Positions 55,385-64,000 of a stretch of DNA of 64,000 bases are shown here, piece after piece. Below the pieces are notes generated by a model. That model was not told the DNA's origin. It was given only the letters and a program-made list of their open reading frames with translations, and ran no database searches. Numbering within the stretch: position 1 is the stretch's first letter; every line of letters starts with the position of its first letter. Source of the stretch: an uncultured delta proteobacterium (lineage in GTDB: Bacteria > Myxococcota_A > Polyangia > Polyangiales > JAFGIB01); assembly GCA_963778655.1 (NCBI GenBank), contig CAVZVA010000009.1, positions 1,344,001 to 1,408,000 of the forward strand. The letters are read 5' to 3'. The position numbers and the translations under genes were made by a program.

Positions 55385-55966
55385 ATGCCCCTGCGCTCCT
55401 GTTTGAGGGCCTCGCTGCTCGCGGGCGCCGTGCTGTGCTGTGCCGCGCCGGGGAGGGCGGCGGCGCAAGCCCGCGAGGCCCAGCCCGCGCGCTACCTCGC
55501 CGCATGGTCGCTGGGCGTGCCGCTTCGCATCACGCGGCGGACCGAGCTGGCGCAAGATCGCTTCGCGCCCGCGTTCACCGATGCGCTCGGCGGCTACATC
55601 CTGCCCGGCGGCTCGCGCTTTCGTCACGGCGCGGGGCTGGGCCTCTCGCTGAACCTCGGCGCTGACGGGGGCTATACCGAGCCGGTCGACGCGTTCTCGC
55701 AGTGGGTAGTGATGCCGAGCTATCTGCTGTACTGCGATTTCGGTCGCGATCTGTTCGCGCTCGGGCACCTTGGAGTGCCGATCCTGGTGCACGGCGGCAA
55801 GAGCTTCGGCGGCGAGGTAGGCTTTCGGCTCGGCTACCGGCTGTTGGCGGGCTTGGGCACGTTCGCGCAGGGCAGCCTCGACATGTTCGCGGGCGCAAGC
55901 TCGTCGGTGAGCCTCGCCTTCAGCCTGTCGGCCGGCCTGTTCCTCGACTACGAGGTGCTGCCGTGA
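55385..55966 (+). CDS. Putative outer-membrane beta-barrel protein
   Basis: Signal peptide; amphipathic strands; ends GLFLDYEVLP. Confidence 0.65.
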   Translation: MPLRSCLRASLLAGAVLCCAAPGRAAAQAREAQPARYLAAWSLGVPLRITRRTELAQDRFAPAFTDALGGYILPGGSRFRHGAGLGLSLNLGADGGYTEPVDAFSQWVVMPSYLLYCDFGRDLFALGHLGVPILVHGGKSFGGEVGFRLGYRLLAGLGTFAQGSLDMFAGASSSVSLAFSLSAGLFLDYEVLP

Positions 55967-56544
55967 GCCGCGGCGGGGCGGGCGCGGGGGCGCGCGCGGC
56001 GCTGGCACGCGCGGCGGCGGCGGTGGCGTTGCTGCTGCTGCTGGGGGGACCGACCCCGGGCGCGATCGGCTCCTGCAGCGGGGAAGGCAAGCTGGAAGCA
56101 CCCGCGGACCTGCAGACCTTCTGCAAGCTGAGCGAGCAGTACAAGTGCGTGCGGCGCGCGCTGCGCAAAGAGATCAGCAACCAAGCGCGCGACGACTGCC
56201 GCCGCGCCGCGATTACGCAGTGCGGGCTGCGCTCGTGGGCGCCCGGGTGCCATCCGACGCAGCGCCAGGCCAACGCCTGCTTGAACGCGCTGCGCTCGCT
56301 GGACACGCTGTCGACCAAGGAGGCCGACATCGCGGAGTGCAACACCGGCGCGCTGTGCGCTGCCAAGCTCAAGCCGTCCAGCAGCGGCGGCGCTGCAGGC
56401 GCGGGCGCCGACGCGGGCGCAGACGCGGGCACAGACGCGGGCGCAGACGCGGGCGCAGACGCGGGCATGGACGCGGGCATGGACGTGGCGGCGAGCGACG
56501 CGGGCGCCGACGCTGCTGCTCTGGACGGCGGGGCCGGGCGATGA
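55963..56544 (+). CDS. Secreted Cys-containing protein with DAG-repeat tail
   Basis: Signal peptide, Cys-rich domain, (A/T/M)DAG repeats from 12-bp units at about 56401-56485. Confidence 0.7.
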   Translation: MSRGGAGAGARAALARAAAAVALLLLLGGPTPGAIGSCSGEGKLEAPADLQTFCKLSEQYKCVRRALRKEISNQARDDCRRAAITQCGLRSWAPGCHPTQRQANACLNALRSLDTLSTKEADIAECNTGALCAAKLKPSSSGGAAGAGADAGADAGTDAGADAGADAGMDAGMDVAASDAGADAAALDGGAGR

Positions 56545-58022
56545 GGGCGCGGGGCTGGCCGCTGGTCTGGGCATGCTTGCTGGCGTCGGGTTGCGCCGCG
56601 TTCGTGCAGAAGAGCGACTACCTCGACTACCGTGCGGTACGCATGGAGCGGCGCGACGCGCCCAGGTTGCTGGCGATGCAGCGCTACGTGGCGCACCATC
56701 CGCAGGGGCACTGGCACGACGAGGTGCAGCGCGAGCGCCAGCAGCGCGATCGTCCGGTGTTCGAAGCGGGCAAGGGCGATCGGGCCGGCCTCACCCTGTA
56801 CCTCAAGGCGTTTCCGGACGGCGCGTTCGTGGCGCAGGCCAAGGCCAGGCTGTCGGCGATCGACGTGATCCGACAGCGCAAGCAGGAGGAGGCCGCGCGC
56901 GCCAAGCTGCTGGCCGAGCAGCGCAAACAGCGCGAGGCCGAGCTCAGCCGCACCTGGGTGACGCGCTTCTTCGGCTACTGGGTCAAGACCCTGCTCGCGC
57001 TCGACGGTTGGGGCGAGCCGATCGCCCAGCTGGCGCATCGGAACCCCGCGTTCTCGCGCGCGTTCGGGCGGCCGCCGCGGCCGCGCTGCACCGCCGACGA
57101 GTGCCTGAAGTACTACGAGAGCGCGTACGCGGTGCCGGTGCCGGGGGGCACCCGGCTCGAGCGCACGATGCGGTTGATCCTGCGCTTGCGGATGGAAGGC
57201 GGAAAGGTGGTGCGCGCCGAGCTGCTGTTGCCCGGGCTGGGATTTTCGCGCTGGGAGGAGCTGGAAGAGCGCCACCCGGTGGTGGACGGCGATCCCGAGG
57301 CCCGAGCCCAGGCCGTGCAGTGGGCGCTCTCGCGTATCTCGGGAGTGCTCGATGAGGCTGCGGCCGGGCGCCAGCCGCTTTCGGGCTACGCGCTCGGGCC
57401 GCTCCCAAAGCCCGCGCTCGGCCCGAGCGGCGAGCTGGTCGACACCACGGCCATGGATCCCGGCGCTCCGGCCAACCGCATTCAGGGCGCGGGCGCCCCC
57501 GAGCCTGCGTCGGGCATCGAGCAGCTGGTCAAGCCGGCCGCGCCCGAGCAGGCGCCCGACATGGAGATGGCGCCCTTGCGCGTGGGTCCCGATGGCCGCC
57601 CGCTGCCGGCGACCGGCGAGATGGTGCTCGAGCCGATGGTGGTGCCGAAGCAGGGCGCGGCCGGCGCGAGCGGCGGCACGATGGAGATGGCGCCGCTGAC
57701 CGTGCCGCCGGCCCCCGGCGAGGGTGGGGTAGGCGCCGTGCAGGCGGGCGACAGCGCGCCGGCCGCGACGCCGGCGCAGCCGCCGGCTGGCGCGGCCGCG
57801 GCCCCGAGCGCGCCCGCGCCCGTGCAGCCGGCGCCCGCGCCCGTCGTGACCCAGGCGTTCCAGCAGGGTGGCCTGCGGCTGGTGGTGTTCGCGGCCGCTT
57901 CCGACGCAGCCGCGCCTGCCTACGACGGGCTCCTGATCGAGCAGGCCCAGGATGCGAGCAAGGGCAGGGGCAAGGGTAGGGGCAAGGGCGGGGGCAAGGG
58001 CGCAGCGGCTGCGGGGCATTGA
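56541..58022 (+). CDS. Hypothetical lipoprotein
   Basis: Lipobox ASGC; YLKAFPDGAF motif; Pro/Ala-rich C-terminal half. Confidence 0.7.
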   Translation: MRARGWPLVWACLLASGCAAFVQKSDYLDYRAVRMERRDAPRLLAMQRYVAHHPQGHWHDEVQRERQQRDRPVFEAGKGDRAGLTLYLKAFPDGAFVAQAKARLSAIDVIRQRKQEEAARAKLLAEQRKQREAELSRTWVTRFFGYWVKTLLALDGWGEPIAQLAHRNPAFSRAFGRPPRPRCTADECLKYYESAYAVPVPGGTRLERTMRLILRLRMEGGKVVRAELLLPGLGFSRWEELEERHPVVDGDPEARAQAVQWALSRISGVLDEAAAGRQPLSGYALGPLPKPALGPSGELVDTTAMDPGAPANRIQGAGAPEPASGIEQLVKPAAPEQAPDMEMAPLRVGPDGRPLPATGEMVLEPMVVPKQGAAGASGGTMEMAPLTVPPAPGEGGVGAVQAGDSAPAATPAQPPAGAAAAPSAPAPVQPAPAPVVTQAFQQGGLRLVVFAAASDAAAPAYDGLLIEQAQDASKGRGKGRGKGGGKGAAAAGH

Positions 58023-58113
58023 CCGGCCGCAGGCGGCCGCTCATAGTTTCACGCGATTTTGAACAATCCGACGGCTCCCGGCCGGGGCCGCTCGCCCGCG
58101 AGGCCGTAGGTCG

Positions 58114-59148
58114 ATGATTCCAGCCGCTCCGTTCAAGGCCCTGCAGCAGGTCGCTCGGAGCCATTCATCGGCTCACAGCGCCGGCGAATACATGCGGGAA
58201 ATCAGCGAGTTGCTCGCCGATTCTCTACCGCTCGTAGAGCGCGCCGTGGACGCGGCCACGCATGGGCCGCAGCCGGTGCGCGAGGCTTCGGCACAGCTGG
58301 TCGGCGCGGGCGGCAAGCGCGTGCGGCCGATCACCACGCTGCTGGTCAACCGCGCCTGCGCGGGCGACCCGCGCGCGGTGGTTCCGCTGGCCGCGGCCGT
58401 GGAGCTGATCCACTCGGCCACGCTGCTGCACGACGACGTGATGGACGAGGGCGAGGAGCGCCGGGGGCGGCCGGCCAGCCGCGTGCTGTGGGGGAACCTG
58501 GTCAGCGTGTTGTCCGGCGATCTGCTGCTGACCGCCGCGCTGGAGCTGGTGCAGGGCGCCGGCATCGAGGGGGCGATGGGCGACACGCTGAGCACCATGC
58601 GCGCGCTGATCGCGGGCGAGGTCGCGCAGCTCAAGGCGCGCGGGCGCGACGACCTCGGCATCGAGGGTTACCTCGAGATCGCGGCGGGCAAGACCGCGTC
58701 GCTGTTTTCGTGCGCGTGCCGCTTCGGGGCGCGCGGCGCTGGCGCGGCGCCGGCCCTGGTGGACGCCGCAGGGCGCTTCGGCGAGCGGGTCGGGATTGCG
58801 TTCCAGATCGTCGACGACGTGCTCGACCTGGAGGGCGTGCCGCACGAGGTGGGCAAGCGGCTCGGGCACGACCTGGCCGAGGGCAAGACCACGCTGCCGC
58901 TGGCGCTCGCGCTGCAGCACGCTGCGGTCGAGCTGCGGCCGCTGCTGGTCGACGCGCGCGCCGGTGACACGCTGGCGGCGGCCAAGGTCTCACGCGCGCC
59001 GGCCGTGCGCCGGGCGTGCACGGAGGCGCGGGCGTTCGCGCTGGAGCAGACCGAGCGCGGCCTGCAGGAGCTCGAGTCGCTGCCCGGCGGCCGCGAGCGG
59101 GACTTGCTGCGCGCGCTGGTGCGCGGGCTGATCGAGCGGCGCGCCTAG
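58114..59148 (+). CDS. Polyprenyl diphosphate synthase (IspB-like)
   Basis: GGKRVRP, LLHDDVMD, GKTASLF, FQIVDDVLD, DLAEGKTTLP. Confidence 0.93.
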   Translation: MIPAAPFKALQQVARSHSSAHSAGEYMREISELLADSLPLVERAVDAATHGPQPVREASAQLVGAGGKRVRPITTLLVNRACAGDPRAVVPLAAAVELIHSATLLHDDVMDEGEERRGRPASRVLWGNLVSVLSGDLLLTAALELVQGAGIEGAMGDTLSTMRALIAGEVAQLKARGRDDLGIEGYLEIAAGKTASLFSCACRFGARGAGAAPALVDAAGRFGERVGIAFQIVDDVLDLEGVPHEVGKRLGHDLAEGKTTLPLALALQHAAVELRPLLVDARAGDTLAAAKVSRAPAVRRACTEARAFALEQTERGLQELESLPGGRERDLLRALVRGLIERRA

Positions 59149-59739
59149 ATGGGCGAGCGCAATTCGCAGGCGGAAGACGAGCGCGGGCAGGCCGGCGAGG
59201 GCGCCGACACGCTGTGGGAGAGCGAGCGCATCGTCAGCGACTCGATCGGGCGGCTGATGGAGCTGTGGGGCTTCAAGCGCAACATGGGCCGGGTCTGGAC
59301 CGTGCTGTATCTGGCGGCCCAGCCGCTGAGCGCGGGCCAGCTGCGCGACCGCCTGCAGCTCTCCAGCGGCGCGGTCTCGATGACGCTCAACGAGCTCAGC
59401 CGCTGGGGAGTCGTGCGCAAGGTCTGGGTCCAGGGCGACCGGCGCGACTTCTACGAGGCCGAGGCCAACGTGTGGAAGATGATCTCGCGGGTGATGCGCG
59501 AGCGCGAGCGCGCGGAGATCGCGCAGGCGATCGAGACCTTCGAGGACGCGCTGGTTGCGCTCGAGCGCCGGGCCGAGCGCGAAGGTAAGGCCGCGCCGCG
59601 CGTGCGCGCCCAGCGCGAACGCATCGAGCGCCTGCTGGAGCTGGCGCGCATGGGCCGCTCCATGCTCGATGCGCTGATCAGCAACGCACGCCTCGATGCC
59701 AGCTGGCTGGCGCGCTTCCGTCTGAGCCGCCAGCGCTGA
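59149..59739 (+). CDS. GbsR/MarR family regulator
   Basis: WGFKRNMGRVWTVLYL...LSSGAVSMTLNELSRWGVV...GDRRDFYEAE. Confidence 0.88.
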   Translation: MGERNSQAEDERGQAGEGADTLWESERIVSDSIGRLMELWGFKRNMGRVWTVLYLAAQPLSAGQLRDRLQLSSGAVSMTLNELSRWGVVRKVWVQGDRRDFYEAEANVWKMISRVMRERERAEIAQAIETFEDALVALERRAEREGKAAPRVRAQRERIERLLELARMGRSMLDALISNARLDASWLARFRLSRQR

Positions 59740-59752
59740 GCACTGCCTGGAG

Positions 59753-59805
59753 GGGCACTGATGAGCTCTTCAGCTCATCGGTCCTCCTCGCGCCTCGCGG
59801 CGCAC
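59753..59805 (-). mobile_element. Group II intron 5' fragment (third copy)
   Basis: GTGCGCCGCGAGGCGCGAGGAGGACCGATGAGCTGAAGA is identical to the 5' end at 60622; the copy then diverges and stops. Confidence 0.8.
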
Positions 59806-59928
59806 GTAGAGTGGGCACGCGGCGCCTTACTCGGGTCGACCCCGAGCAGGTTTGCGCGTGCCCCTCACCGAACCCGGCGTGCGCCTTTCGTTACGCACCG
59901 GGCTCTCCGCAGATGACTCGCGACGCAC
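59806..59928 (-). mobile_element. Internally deleted group II intron copy (5' tip + DV + DVI, 123 nt)
   Basis: GTGCGTCGCGAGT fused to an exact copy of the DV-DVI region ending CTCTAC; 115-bp direct repeat 59801-59915 / 59924-60038. Confidence 0.85.
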
Positions 59929-60622
59929 GTAGAGTGGGCACGCGGCGCCTTACTCGGGTCGACCCCGAGCAGGTTTGCGCGTGCCCCTCACCGAACCCGG
60001 CGTGCGCCTTTCGTTACGCACCGGGCTCTCCGCAGATGTTGACGCAAAGTCGGGGGTCGTCTGCCAAGCGAACCGGCCTCACCGTGACCCGCGGTGCGCC
60101 GTCCGCGGTTGCGCTACGACGGCTCCGTCCCGCCTCCGAGACGTCGCCGGGCTTGGCGGCTTGCCAGAGACCGACCTCTGGCGCTCGGATGGCGGTTCCC
60201 GCGTTCACGAGGACAACCCGTGGTGTTGTAGGCGGTCGGCTTTACCCCTGGCAGCTCCGGTCGGCGTCGATTCGGGACCAGACGCACGACGCGCCGGGCG
60301 TGAGCCCGGGCGCTCCAGACCGCACGAAACAAACGGTCCAGATCGCGCTGCATCTCCCGCACGAGGCGGTTTTTTCTCCATACAGAGGCTTCCAACACCG
60401 GCTTCAACGTGAGCGCCAATGAGCGCGCGTGCTTCGCCATGACACCTGTGGTAACGAGCCACCGAGAGCGCGAGGCTTTCGTTGCCCGTAGTTGACGTCG
60501 TTCGGCTTTTGCAGCCCGCCATTCCAACCTAGGCGGGGTTCACGACGCCCTTAATGCCCGGCCCGACCCGGACAGTGATGAGGTCTTCAGCTCATCGGTC
60601 CTCCTCGCGCCTCGCGGCGCAC
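59929..60622 (-). mobile_element. ORF-less group II intron (IIB-like), 694 nt
   Basis: 5' GTGCG; DI closing stem CGCGAGGA/TCCTCGTG followed by AACGCGGGAAC; DV GAGCCCGGTGCG-TAACGAAAG-GCGCACGCCGGGTTC; DVI ending CCCACTCTAC; no RT ORF. Confidence 0.9.
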
Positions 60623-60650
60623 ACTTCGCAGAAGATAGATTATGTCAACT
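60623..60650 (+). other. dif-like XerC/XerD recombination site
   Basis: ACTTCGCAGAA-GATAGA-TTATGTCAACT has 11-6-11 geometry, compared with E. coli dif GGTGCGCATAA-TGTATA-TTATGTTAAAT. It is an AT-rich island in an intergenic region. Confidence 0.8.
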
Positions 60651-60658
60651 CACGGGGT

Positions 60659-60886
60659 GGTTCCGGCCGGGGGGCGGTCTGGGCTGACGGGACCCGCGGC
60701 CCCGGCCTGCGCGCTCGGCCACCTCGGAGCCTCGGGGCCGCCGTCGCTCGCTCAGTACGTGAACGCGTAGAGCCGGGTTCCGGCCGGGGGGCGGTCTGGG
60801 CTGACGGGACCCGCGGCCCCCGCGCTCGGCCACCTCGGAGCCTCGGGGCCGCCGTCGCTCGCTCAGTACGTGAACGCGTAGAGCCG
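60659..60886. repeat. Tandem duplication (117 + 111 bp) containing the 3' end of the bamB-like gene
   Basis: 60659-60775 matches 60776-60886 except for a small indel. Confidence 0.9.
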
Positions 60887-62023
60887 GCCTGCGTTGCTGA
60901 AGGCGAAGCCGTCGCGGCCCTGGATTGTGAGCGGAGCGGTGATGCCGTGGCCGGTTTCGAGCCGTCCCACCTCGCGGCCGTCGGCCAGCGCGAGCGCCAG
61001 CATGCCGCCCAGCGATTCGGTCACGTACACGTTGGCGCCGCGCACCTCGGCCCGGCCCGGCGCGCCGCGCTCGATCGGGTGCCGCCAGCGCAGGCTCAGC
61101 TCCGGCAGGTCCAGGCACAGCACGCCGAGATTGGCCGAGGACACCAGGAGCGCGTCCGGCGTGGCCGTGATCGCGGTCACGCCGTGGAGCTCGGGCTCGT
61201 GCGAGCGGACGCTGCCACCCGCCAGCTCGAGCCCGAACAAGCCGGCGGAGAACGAGGCCACGTACGCCGTATCGCCGACCACCGCCGGCGTGGTGTCCAC
61301 GTCGACGAAGCGCCGCGATTCGTCCCCTTCATCGAGGTCGGCCGTGGTGTCGACCTCCCACAGCACGTGTCCGTCGGCGGCGTCGAGCGCCACCACGGCG
61401 CCGTCGCCGAAGCCGGTCAGCAACTTGTTGCCGCTGCGAGCCAGGCCCGCGTGCCCGGCGATTGAGAAGCCCTCGTGTGGCTCTCGGTGATAGCGCCACA
61501 GCACGCTGCCGTCGGCTCGCGAGAACGCGGAGACCGAATCGCCGTCGGTGACGACGTAGAGCGCATCGTGGGCCAGCAGGCCGGGCTGCGAGATCGCCGC
61601 ACCCGCCTGGGCCGTGAAGCGCACCGACAGGTCGCCGGGCCGCAGCGCCAGCACCTGGCCGCGCACCGTGCTCACGTACAGCTCCCCGCGCTCGGCATCC
61701 ACCACCGGCTGCGCCTCGATCGATGCGCCCGCGTTGTAGTGCAGCAGCTTGCGGCCACGGGCGTTCAATGCCCACAGCACGCCGCGGGTCGAGCCCACGT
61801 AGATGCGCCCGCCCAGCTCGTCCACGCCCGGCGAGGCCTGCTCGACGGGGATGTAGTTGCCCGTCCACGGCGGCACGACGGCGAGCGACCAGCGCACCAG
61901 CACACCGGGTCCGGCGCTGCGCTGGGTCGAATCGAGCCAGCCGAAATCGCTGCGCTGGCTTCCGGCGCAGCCGCCTGCCGCGAGCAGCAGCGCCGCCACC
62001 AGCGCGCGCGCGGTGCGGCTCAC
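60863..62023 (-). CDS. BamB-like PQQ beta-propeller lipoprotein
   Basis: Lipobox AGGC; propeller repeats (ALDAADGHVLW, DVDTTP); directly downstream of a yfgM-like gene. Confidence 0.8.
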   Translation of the reverse strand: MSRTARALVAALLLAAGGCAGSQRSDFGWLDSTQRSAGPGVLVRWSLAVVPPWTGNYIPVEQASPGVDELGGRIYVGSTRGVLWALNARGRKLLHYNAGASIEAQPVVDAERGELYVSTVRGQVLALRPGDLSVRFTAQAGAAISQPGLLAHDALYVVTDGDSVSAFSRADGSVLWRYHREPHEGFSIAGHAGLARSGNKLLTGFGDGAVVALDAADGHVLWEVDTTADLDEGDESRRFVDVDTTPAVVGDTAYVASFSAGLFGLELAGGSVRSHEPELHGVTAITATPDALLVSSANLGVLCLDLPELSLRWRHPIERGAPGRAEVRGANVYVTESLGGMLALALADGREVGRLETGHGITAPLTIQGRDGFAFSNAGRLYAFTY

Positions 62024-63162
62024 TGCGGCTTGTCCTCGGGCTTGGCGGGCGCCGCCGGGGCCGGTACGGGAACGCGCGTGGTGGTCGCATTGGTGTGGCC
62101 GCTCTCCACCTGCTTCTCGAGCTGGTCCACGATCTCTTTGGTCAGGCCCTTGCCGCCCTTGCCTTGCGCGAGCTGCTTGCGCAGCGCGTCGACGATCTGC
62201 TTGGTCAGCACCGGTTTCTGCGCGCTGGCGCCCGGTCCTTGCTCGGTGGAGGCGCTGCCGGCACCCACCGCGGCTGGCAGGTCCACGCGCAGCTTGGGCG
62301 CGTCCAGCTCGACCGAGAGCTCGGCCAGCAAAGTCTCGGCGTCGGTCACGATGTCCTCGAAGCGTACGCCCTCGCCCGGCGGCCGCGCGCGCTCGGCCTT
62401 GACCATGGCCTGCAGGCGATCGGCGGCCTTCTGCTTCTGGCCCTGCGCGATCTCCATCCGTGCCACGTGGTAGTCGGAGACAGCCTTGTAAGCGCCGTGC
62501 TGCAGCCCGGCGATGCGCTCGAAGCGCTGCTGGGCATCGGCGTACTTGCCCTGCGCCTCGAGCGCGAAGCCCAGCCCTTCGAGCGCGCGCCACTCCAGGA
62601 ACGGGTCGAGGCCCTTGTGCGCGACCAGCCCGGCGTACAGCTTTTGCGCGTCGGCGGGCTTGTGCAGCTCGAGCAACGCGTCCGCCTCGCCCAGGCTGCT
62701 CCAGAGCGCCGCCGGGGTGCTCGGATAACGTTTGACCACATTGCTGAATTCGGCGCGCGCCTTGCGCGCCCGCGCGTCCGCGCTGGCGTACGACTCCTCG
62801 GGCGCGGGCCCCTCGGGCTCGCTGCCAGGTGCGATCACCGGCGCGGTCGTCGTGGCGAGCGCGCCGTCCAGTAACTCGGTGGCCTTGTGTGCGCTGCGGT
62901 CGAGCTGGCTCGCGATCACGAAGGCGGCGATCACCCCAAGCACGCACGCGCCCACGCCGAGCCAGAGCGCGCGCTGGTGGCTCGTGTACCAGGACTGCGC
63001 CGCGCGCACGCCCTTGCTGATCTGCGAGGGCATGATCGGCGCCGTGCCACGCTTGGCGGCCTTGGCCGCGGCCTTGGCCGCGCGGCGCGCCGCCAGGCGG
63101 CTGGCGGCCGACGAGCGGGCCGCGGCTTCGCCTTTGTTTTCCTCGCCTTGCGCCACCGCCAT
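62020..63162 (-). CDS. YfgM-like membrane-anchored TPR protein
   Basis: Single TM followed by TPRs (GLGFALEAQGKYADAQQRF); yfgM-bamB order. Confidence 0.75.
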   Translation of the reverse strand: MAVAQGEENKGEAAARSSAASRLAARRAAKAAAKAAKRGTAPIMPSQISKGVRAAQSWYTSHQRALWLGVGACVLGVIAAFVIASQLDRSAHKATELLDGALATTTAPVIAPGSEPEGPAPEESYASADARARKARAEFSNVVKRYPSTPAALWSSLGEADALLELHKPADAQKLYAGLVAHKGLDPFLEWRALEGLGFALEAQGKYADAQQRFERIAGLQHGAYKAVSDYHVARMEIAQGQKQKAADRLQAMVKAERARPPGEGVRFEDIVTDAETLLAELSVELDAPKLRVDLPAAVGAGSASTEQGPGASAQKPVLTKQIVDALRKQLAQGKGGKGLTKEIVDQLEKQVESGHTNATTTRVPVPAPAAPAKPEDKPQ

Positions 63163-63269
63163 GCTCCAGCGTACCTCGCGCTCCTGGGCTGCGCCCTGGA
63201 GTCAGCCGCCTTATACACTCGGCCGATCCCAAGTCAAATGCGGCAGGTTTCGACAAGCCCGCGCGCTGC

Positions 63270-63839
63270 GTGCTATCAGCGCCCGTGCGCTGCCGCCGTC
63301 GGAGATCGCAACCGCGGCGGCGGCGGGAGATCGCCGCTGTCGCGGCGCTGGCTTTGCTGCTGTGCGTGGCACCCGCCGGGCGGGCGCGTGCCTACGAGGA
63401 TCAGTGGACGCTCGGGATGGGCGCCGGCTATGCCCACGCGCCGACCGCCAGCCTGCCGCGGCACGGCGCGCTGTTCGAGCTGTCGGGCAGCATGGGCCTG
63501 AGCGCGACGCTTTCGCTGCGGGCGCGGCTTTCGTATGCGTTCCATCCCGCCGATCGCCCGCTCCACGTCGGGCTCGCCGGGGCGGACCTGCTGTACCTGG
63601 TCGACGTGCTGGAGGTGGTGCCCTACTTCGGCGCGGGCCTGGACGGCGTGGGGCGCGCGCGCGGCGGCAGCCTGCGCATGGACGGAGCGGTCCACCTGGT
63701 GGCCGGGCTCGACTATCTGGCTTCGCGCCAGCTCGCGCTGGAGCTCGACCTGCGGCCTTATCTCCTGTTCACCGCGCTGCACCGAGCACCCGTGTACCTG
63801 ACCGCGACGCTGTCCGTGGTGTGGATGTTCGAGCGCTGA
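63270..63839 (+). CDS. Outer-membrane beta-barrel protein
   Basis: Signal ending ARA; DVLEVVPYFGAG, GLDY; aromatic C-terminus. Confidence 0.7.
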   Translation: MLSAPVRCRRRRSQPRRRREIAAVAALALLLCVAPAGRARAYEDQWTLGMGAGYAHAPTASLPRHGALFELSGSMGLSATLSLRARLSYAFHPADRPLHVGLAGADLLYLVDVLEVVPYFGAGLDGVGRARGGSLRMDGAVHLVAGLDYLASRQLALELDLRPYLLFTALHRAPVYLTATLSVVWMFER

Positions 63840-64000
63840 GCGGCGCGCCGGGCGGCCCGGCCGGCGATGCGGCAGGCGCCCTGCCCTGCGCGCACGCTGC
63901 GACGCACACCAGCGCCCCCAGCCGCTGCAGCGTGCGCGGTCCGATGCCGCGCACGCGCGCCAGCTCCGGCACGCGCGCGAAGCGGCCGTGCAGGCGTCGA
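63769..64000 (-). CDS. ComEA-like helix-hairpin-helix protein, C-terminal part (truncated by window end)
   Basis: RRLHGRFARVPELARVRGIGPRTLQRL. Confidence 0.75.
   Translation of the reverse strand, partial: RRLHGRFARVPELARVRGIGPRTLQRLGALVCVAACAQGRAPAASPAGPPGAPLSARTSTPRTASRSGTRVLGAAR

Noticed and set aside
59758..59785. CTGATGAG as a hammerhead ribozyme core
   Set aside because: No GAAA follows stem II; it is the antisense of an intron domain I hairpin.
59801..60038. Direct repeats as a CRISPR array
   Set aside because: Only two 115-bp units with an 8-bp gap; they are intron DV-DVI, and no cas genes are present.
59811..60527. ORFs 59811-60422, 59975-60412, 60114-60527 and 60205-60522
   Set aside because: They are translations of the intron RNA and its repeats, with no RT or other protein motifs.
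60630..60650. TTGACA on the minus strand as a -35 box
   Set aside because: No -10 at 16-18 bp spacing; the hexamer is part of the XerD arm.

Overview
Very GC-rich bacterial chromosomal DNA whose gene content (Cys-rich lipoproteins, PEGA Ser/Thr kinase, AgmX/PglI-like and CFI-box-CTERM-like proteins, pilR-pilA) points to a myxobacterium. It holds about 55 genes. These include aat plus clpS-clpA-iaaA, hemB and cobA-hemD, several GT-C-type membrane glycosyltransferases with a UbiA-family phosphoribosyltransferase, a three-pilin type IV pilus locus with a sigma54 promoter, a lipoprotein with 19 disintegrin-like repeats, and bamB/yfgM-like genes. The most striking element is non-coding (59753-60650). 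A 28-bp XerC/XerD dif-like site (60623-60650) directly abuts an ORF-less group II intron (60622->59929, minus strand). The intron's predicted EBS1/EBS2 pair with the dif sequence itself, and two decayed intron copies follow it head-to-tail. This suggests a group II intron that repeatedly homes to the chromosome dimer resolution site. All family assignments come from motif recognition by eye; no searches were run.
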